DNA of 37,903 bases from Armatimonadota bacterium (GTDB lineage: Bacteria; Armatimonadota; Hebobacteria; CAIYQO01). The position numbers were made by a program, and so were the translations under genes. A model generated the notes under the pieces. That model saw nothing but the letters and a program-made list of their open reading frames with translations, was not told the DNA's origin and did no database searches. The number at the start of each line of letters is the position of its first letter. Positions within the stretch are counted from its first letter, which is position 1. Shown here in pieces: positions 35,581-37,903 of this stretch. The stretch lies in contig JBIJDE010000003.1 in NCBI GenBank assembly GCA_044344305.1, forward strand, positions 1 through 37,903, given 5' to 3'.

Positions 35581-35661
35581 ACAGGACTTTCGTTTTTAAA
35601 AGATAAATTCGTTTAAAAATGGTCGCAGATCCTGTCGAAGTGACCTTAAGCGAAATCCTGT
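35581..35661. repeat. ~80-bp MITE/REP-like element, copy B
   Basis: ACAGGACTTTCG...CGAAATCCTGT ends. Colinear with the reverse complement of 6784-6873, including TTTAAAAA(G)TGGTCGC. Confidence 0.7.
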
Positions 35662-35696
35662 GATTAAATATAAACTATCACACAATAAATTAAAAT

Positions 35697-35850
35697 TGCA
35701 ATTTGCACAGACTCTTGCAAAACCTATATTTTTTCTAAATGTTAAATTGTTGTTTAACGTTTTTTGAGAGTAAATCAGGGACTGACATCAAGCGGCGAAG
35801 CCGTGCTGGTGTCTGTCCCACCGGGTTTTGCAAGAGACTCTGCAATTTGC
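35697..35850. mobile_element. MITE-like element with terminal inverted repeats and a 10-bp flanking direct repeat
   Basis: TGCAATTTGC at both 35697-35706 and 35841-35850. TIRs CAGACTCTTGCAAAACC / GGTTTTGCAAGAGACTC (15/17). Internal GC-rich hairpin around GCGGCGAAGCCGT. Confidence 0.68.
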
Positions 35851-35867
35851 CATTTACCTCCTGTTCC

Positions 35868-36965
35868 TCAATACTCACATTCCTCACTATATACTTTCAA
35901 CGCGTATCTATACGCTTCCAAGGTTACTAACGGTGATATGGAATGGTCGGTGTGGAAAAAATATGGGGTGCCTTTTTCTTTCATTGCCCGCATTTTTGGT
36001 CTAATTTCTTCATCCATAGCCTTCTCGTCACCACTTTCCAAAGCACGGACATCGATGTTGCCCATGAATGCTATTTTTCCGGGATATTTGGTCGCAAAAT
36101 CGATTACGTTGTTACCGCATTTCGCTTCCATTGGTTGCAAACAATCAAAACCTGCTTCAATTATCGCTTCCACGCCATCAACAATGCGTCCACAACTATG
36201 CAATACCACTTTCATGTCGCGATTATGGAAAAAATCTACCAGACGTTTGTGAGAAGGCTGAATTAATTCGCGATACATATTCGGTGAACAATATAATCCC
36301 TTGCTGTAGCCCAAATCTTCGTAAATAAATGCACTGTCAGGCTGAACACCGGCTTCGTCATACAAATATTCAAGATGTTTTATGTAAAAATCAGTGTAGG
36401 TGTTGCAGAAATCCTGAATCCATTCCGGTTCCAAAGCGAAATTTTCCATCATTGCCACATCGCCGAGGATGCCGCGCAGCAATTCAAATACAAACATATT
36501 ACCCTGTGATGAATATTTATTCAGTGAACGCGCCTTTAAAATCTCATCTCGCATAGCAGTTGGATTCACCCGGGCTTTGTTGAGTTCCAATAGATTCGGC
36601 TTGTAATCCTGTTCCCATTTTTCTATCGATGTGCAATCAAAATCAACATGTTCCGGGGTGCCGGACTTATGTTTCCACCAGCGCAATGTTGCCCCGTTAC
36701 GGTTTTTTGTCAATTTCCATTCATCCGACTCGTCAACAGTAACATCTTCCAAATCGTACAATGGTGCGCTATCCAGCCAACCCGCCACAAACCGAATATC
36801 ATAATCAAAATATTCACCCGGGTCAGTATTCTCCGGGAATCCCTGTTTCAACCAATAATCAGGGATTGTCTCACCCCAATAATGGTCCATCAACCCCATT
36901 CGGTCAGGGGTCTTTTGATTCAGCAAAGCAGTCACCCGCTCAAAAGATGTCATCTCAGTTTTCAT
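35868..36965 (-). CDS. Uroporphyrinogen decarboxylase / cobalamin-methyltransferase (URO-D/MtaA-like) family protein
   Basis: MTSFERV...PDR N-terminus, EDLG, SPNMYRELIQP, LHSCG, GNID and DHSI. Does not look like canonical HemE. Confidence 0.88.
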   Translation of the reverse strand: MKTEMTSFERVTALLNQKTPDRMGLMDHYWGETIPDYWLKQGFPENTDPGEYFDYDIRFVAGWLDSAPLYDLEDVTVDESDEWKLTKNRNGATLRWWKHKSGTPEHVDFDCTSIEKWEQDYKPNLLELNKARVNPTAMRDEILKARSLNKYSSQGNMFVFELLRGILGDVAMMENFALEPEWIQDFCNTYTDFYIKHLEYLYDEAGVQPDSAFIYEDLGYSKGLYCSPNMYRELIQPSHKRLVDFFHNRDMKVVLHSCGRIVDGVEAIIEAGFDCLQPMEAKCGNNVIDFATKYPGKIAFMGNIDVRALESGDEKAMDEEIRPKMRAMKEKGTPYFFHTDHSISPLVTLEAYRYALKVYSEECEY

Positions 36966-37197
36966 TAGTAAAACCTCTGGCGGTATTATCTACTTTTAGT
37001 GTTGATTCTGCAATAGAAAATCAGAAAAATAACTATTCGTATTTTGCTGGTTTAAATTTTACATCGATTATTAGGATTAAAGAGATTTAATGTTATTTCA
37101 TCTACAAGAACTACAGTGATCTTTCATTGCAATTTTATCCTTTAAATCCTATTTATCGATGTAAAAATTTAAATATTCAACAGACAAATTCATTTAA

Positions 37198-37240
37198 ATC
37201 GCACGATATTATTGATATTATCGTGCGATATGGGTATAAT
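37198..37240 (+). promoter_or_regulatory. Sigma70-type promoter with overlapping operator palindrome for the TA operon
   Basis: TTGATA (37212-37217)-17 bp-TATAAT (37235-37240). The 11-bp inverted repeat ATCGCACGATA / TATCGTGCGAT flanks the -35 box. AAGGAGGT RBS downstream. Confidence 0.8.
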
Positions 37241-37284
37241 GAAGTTGAATCAGTGAGTAATAACCTATAAAGGAGGTAATATTC

Positions 37285-37503
37285 ATGTTAATAACAGCTA
37301 CTGAATTAAAAAGCAATATTGGCAAGTATCTCGTGCTTGCCGCGACCCACGATATCTATATAACTAAAAATGGAAAGAATATCGCGAAATTAACAAGTGC
37401 CACTGCTGATAAAGTTGCCTTGCTTGATAGCCTGGTGGGTATCGTCACAGATGAATCAATCACTATGGATAATATTAAGAAGGAACGTCTGGCAAGAAAA
37501 TGA
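37285..37503 (+). CDS. Phd/YefM-family antitoxin
   Basis: ITATELKSNIGKYL...DIYITKNGKNIAKL Phd signature; strong RBS. Confidence 0.9.
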   Translation: MLITATELKSNIGKYLVLAATHDIYITKNGKNIAKLTSATADKVALLDSLVGIVTDESITMDNIKKERLARK

Positions 37504-37903
37504 TGATTTTAATAGACACAAATATTATTCTTGATATTTTTCTAAAACGAGAACCGTTTTTTGAATCATCTTATGAAGTTATCAAACAATCAGCGACAAA
37601 CAATACCGAATGTATTGTATCCGCAACAGCAATTACTGATATCTATTATCTGCTACGAAAATCATTTAAAGATGATAATAAAGCGAAGGAGATCATAGAA
37701 CGCTTGCTTCAATTGGTTACCATTGCTGATGTGTTGGCACTGGATATTCAGGTCGCTTTATCTGATTCAATACCAGACTTTGAAGATGCTGTCGTTCATG
37801 CAGTCGCATTAAGAAATAAAGTAGATTATATTGTAACCCGCAATATTCAGGATTTTTCCGGTTCATCTGTACCGGTAATAAGTCCTGTAAATTATTTAAT
37901 GTT
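37500..37903 (+). CDS. PIN-domain (VapC-like) toxin, runs off the window
   Basis: Not in the ORF track. ATG 37500 overlaps the antitoxin stop; MMILIDTNIILD...DFEDAV...IVTRNIQDF contains the conserved PIN acidic residues. Confidence 0.9.
   Translation, partial: MMILIDTNIILDIFLKREPFFESSYEVIKQSATNNTECIVSATAITDIYYLLRKSFKDDNKAKEIIERLLQLVTIADVLALDIQVALSDSIPDFEDAVVHAVALRNKVDYIVTRNIQDFSGSSVPVISPVNYLM

Noticed and set aside
35868-36965. Assigning the symbol hemE
   Set aside because: Lacks the MRQAGR motif of true HemE and has an HxCG motif instead.

Overview
Bacterial glycan-degradation island. Every real gene from 1 to 36965 is on the minus strand, many with overlapping start/stop codons. It carries four Cys-type sulfatases, a heparinase II/III-family lyase, two tandem ~1240-1310 aa secreted paralogs with heparinase-II/III-like C-terminal motifs, two further large proteins with a possible lyase-like core, three beta-helix proteins, GH27 (partial), GH1, GH43 and GH42-like hydrolases, SGNH and sialate O-acetylesterases, and a URO-D-family protein. 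A plus-strand Phd/PIN toxin-antitoxin pair ends the window. The locus is a mosaic of AT-rich and GC-rich blocks, with gene-fusion scars at three block boundaries. The most unusual signal is a family of 24-bp hairpin micro-elements inserted in frame, eight times, into the two giant paralogs: singly, in tandem, and once nested inside another copy. The same hairpin core lies inside two ~80-90 bp intergenic inverted-repeat elements, in opposite orientation relative to their flanks. No transposase, transporter, regulator or sulfatase-maturing enzyme is visible. Family assignments come from motif recognition only, and GC statements are visual estimates.
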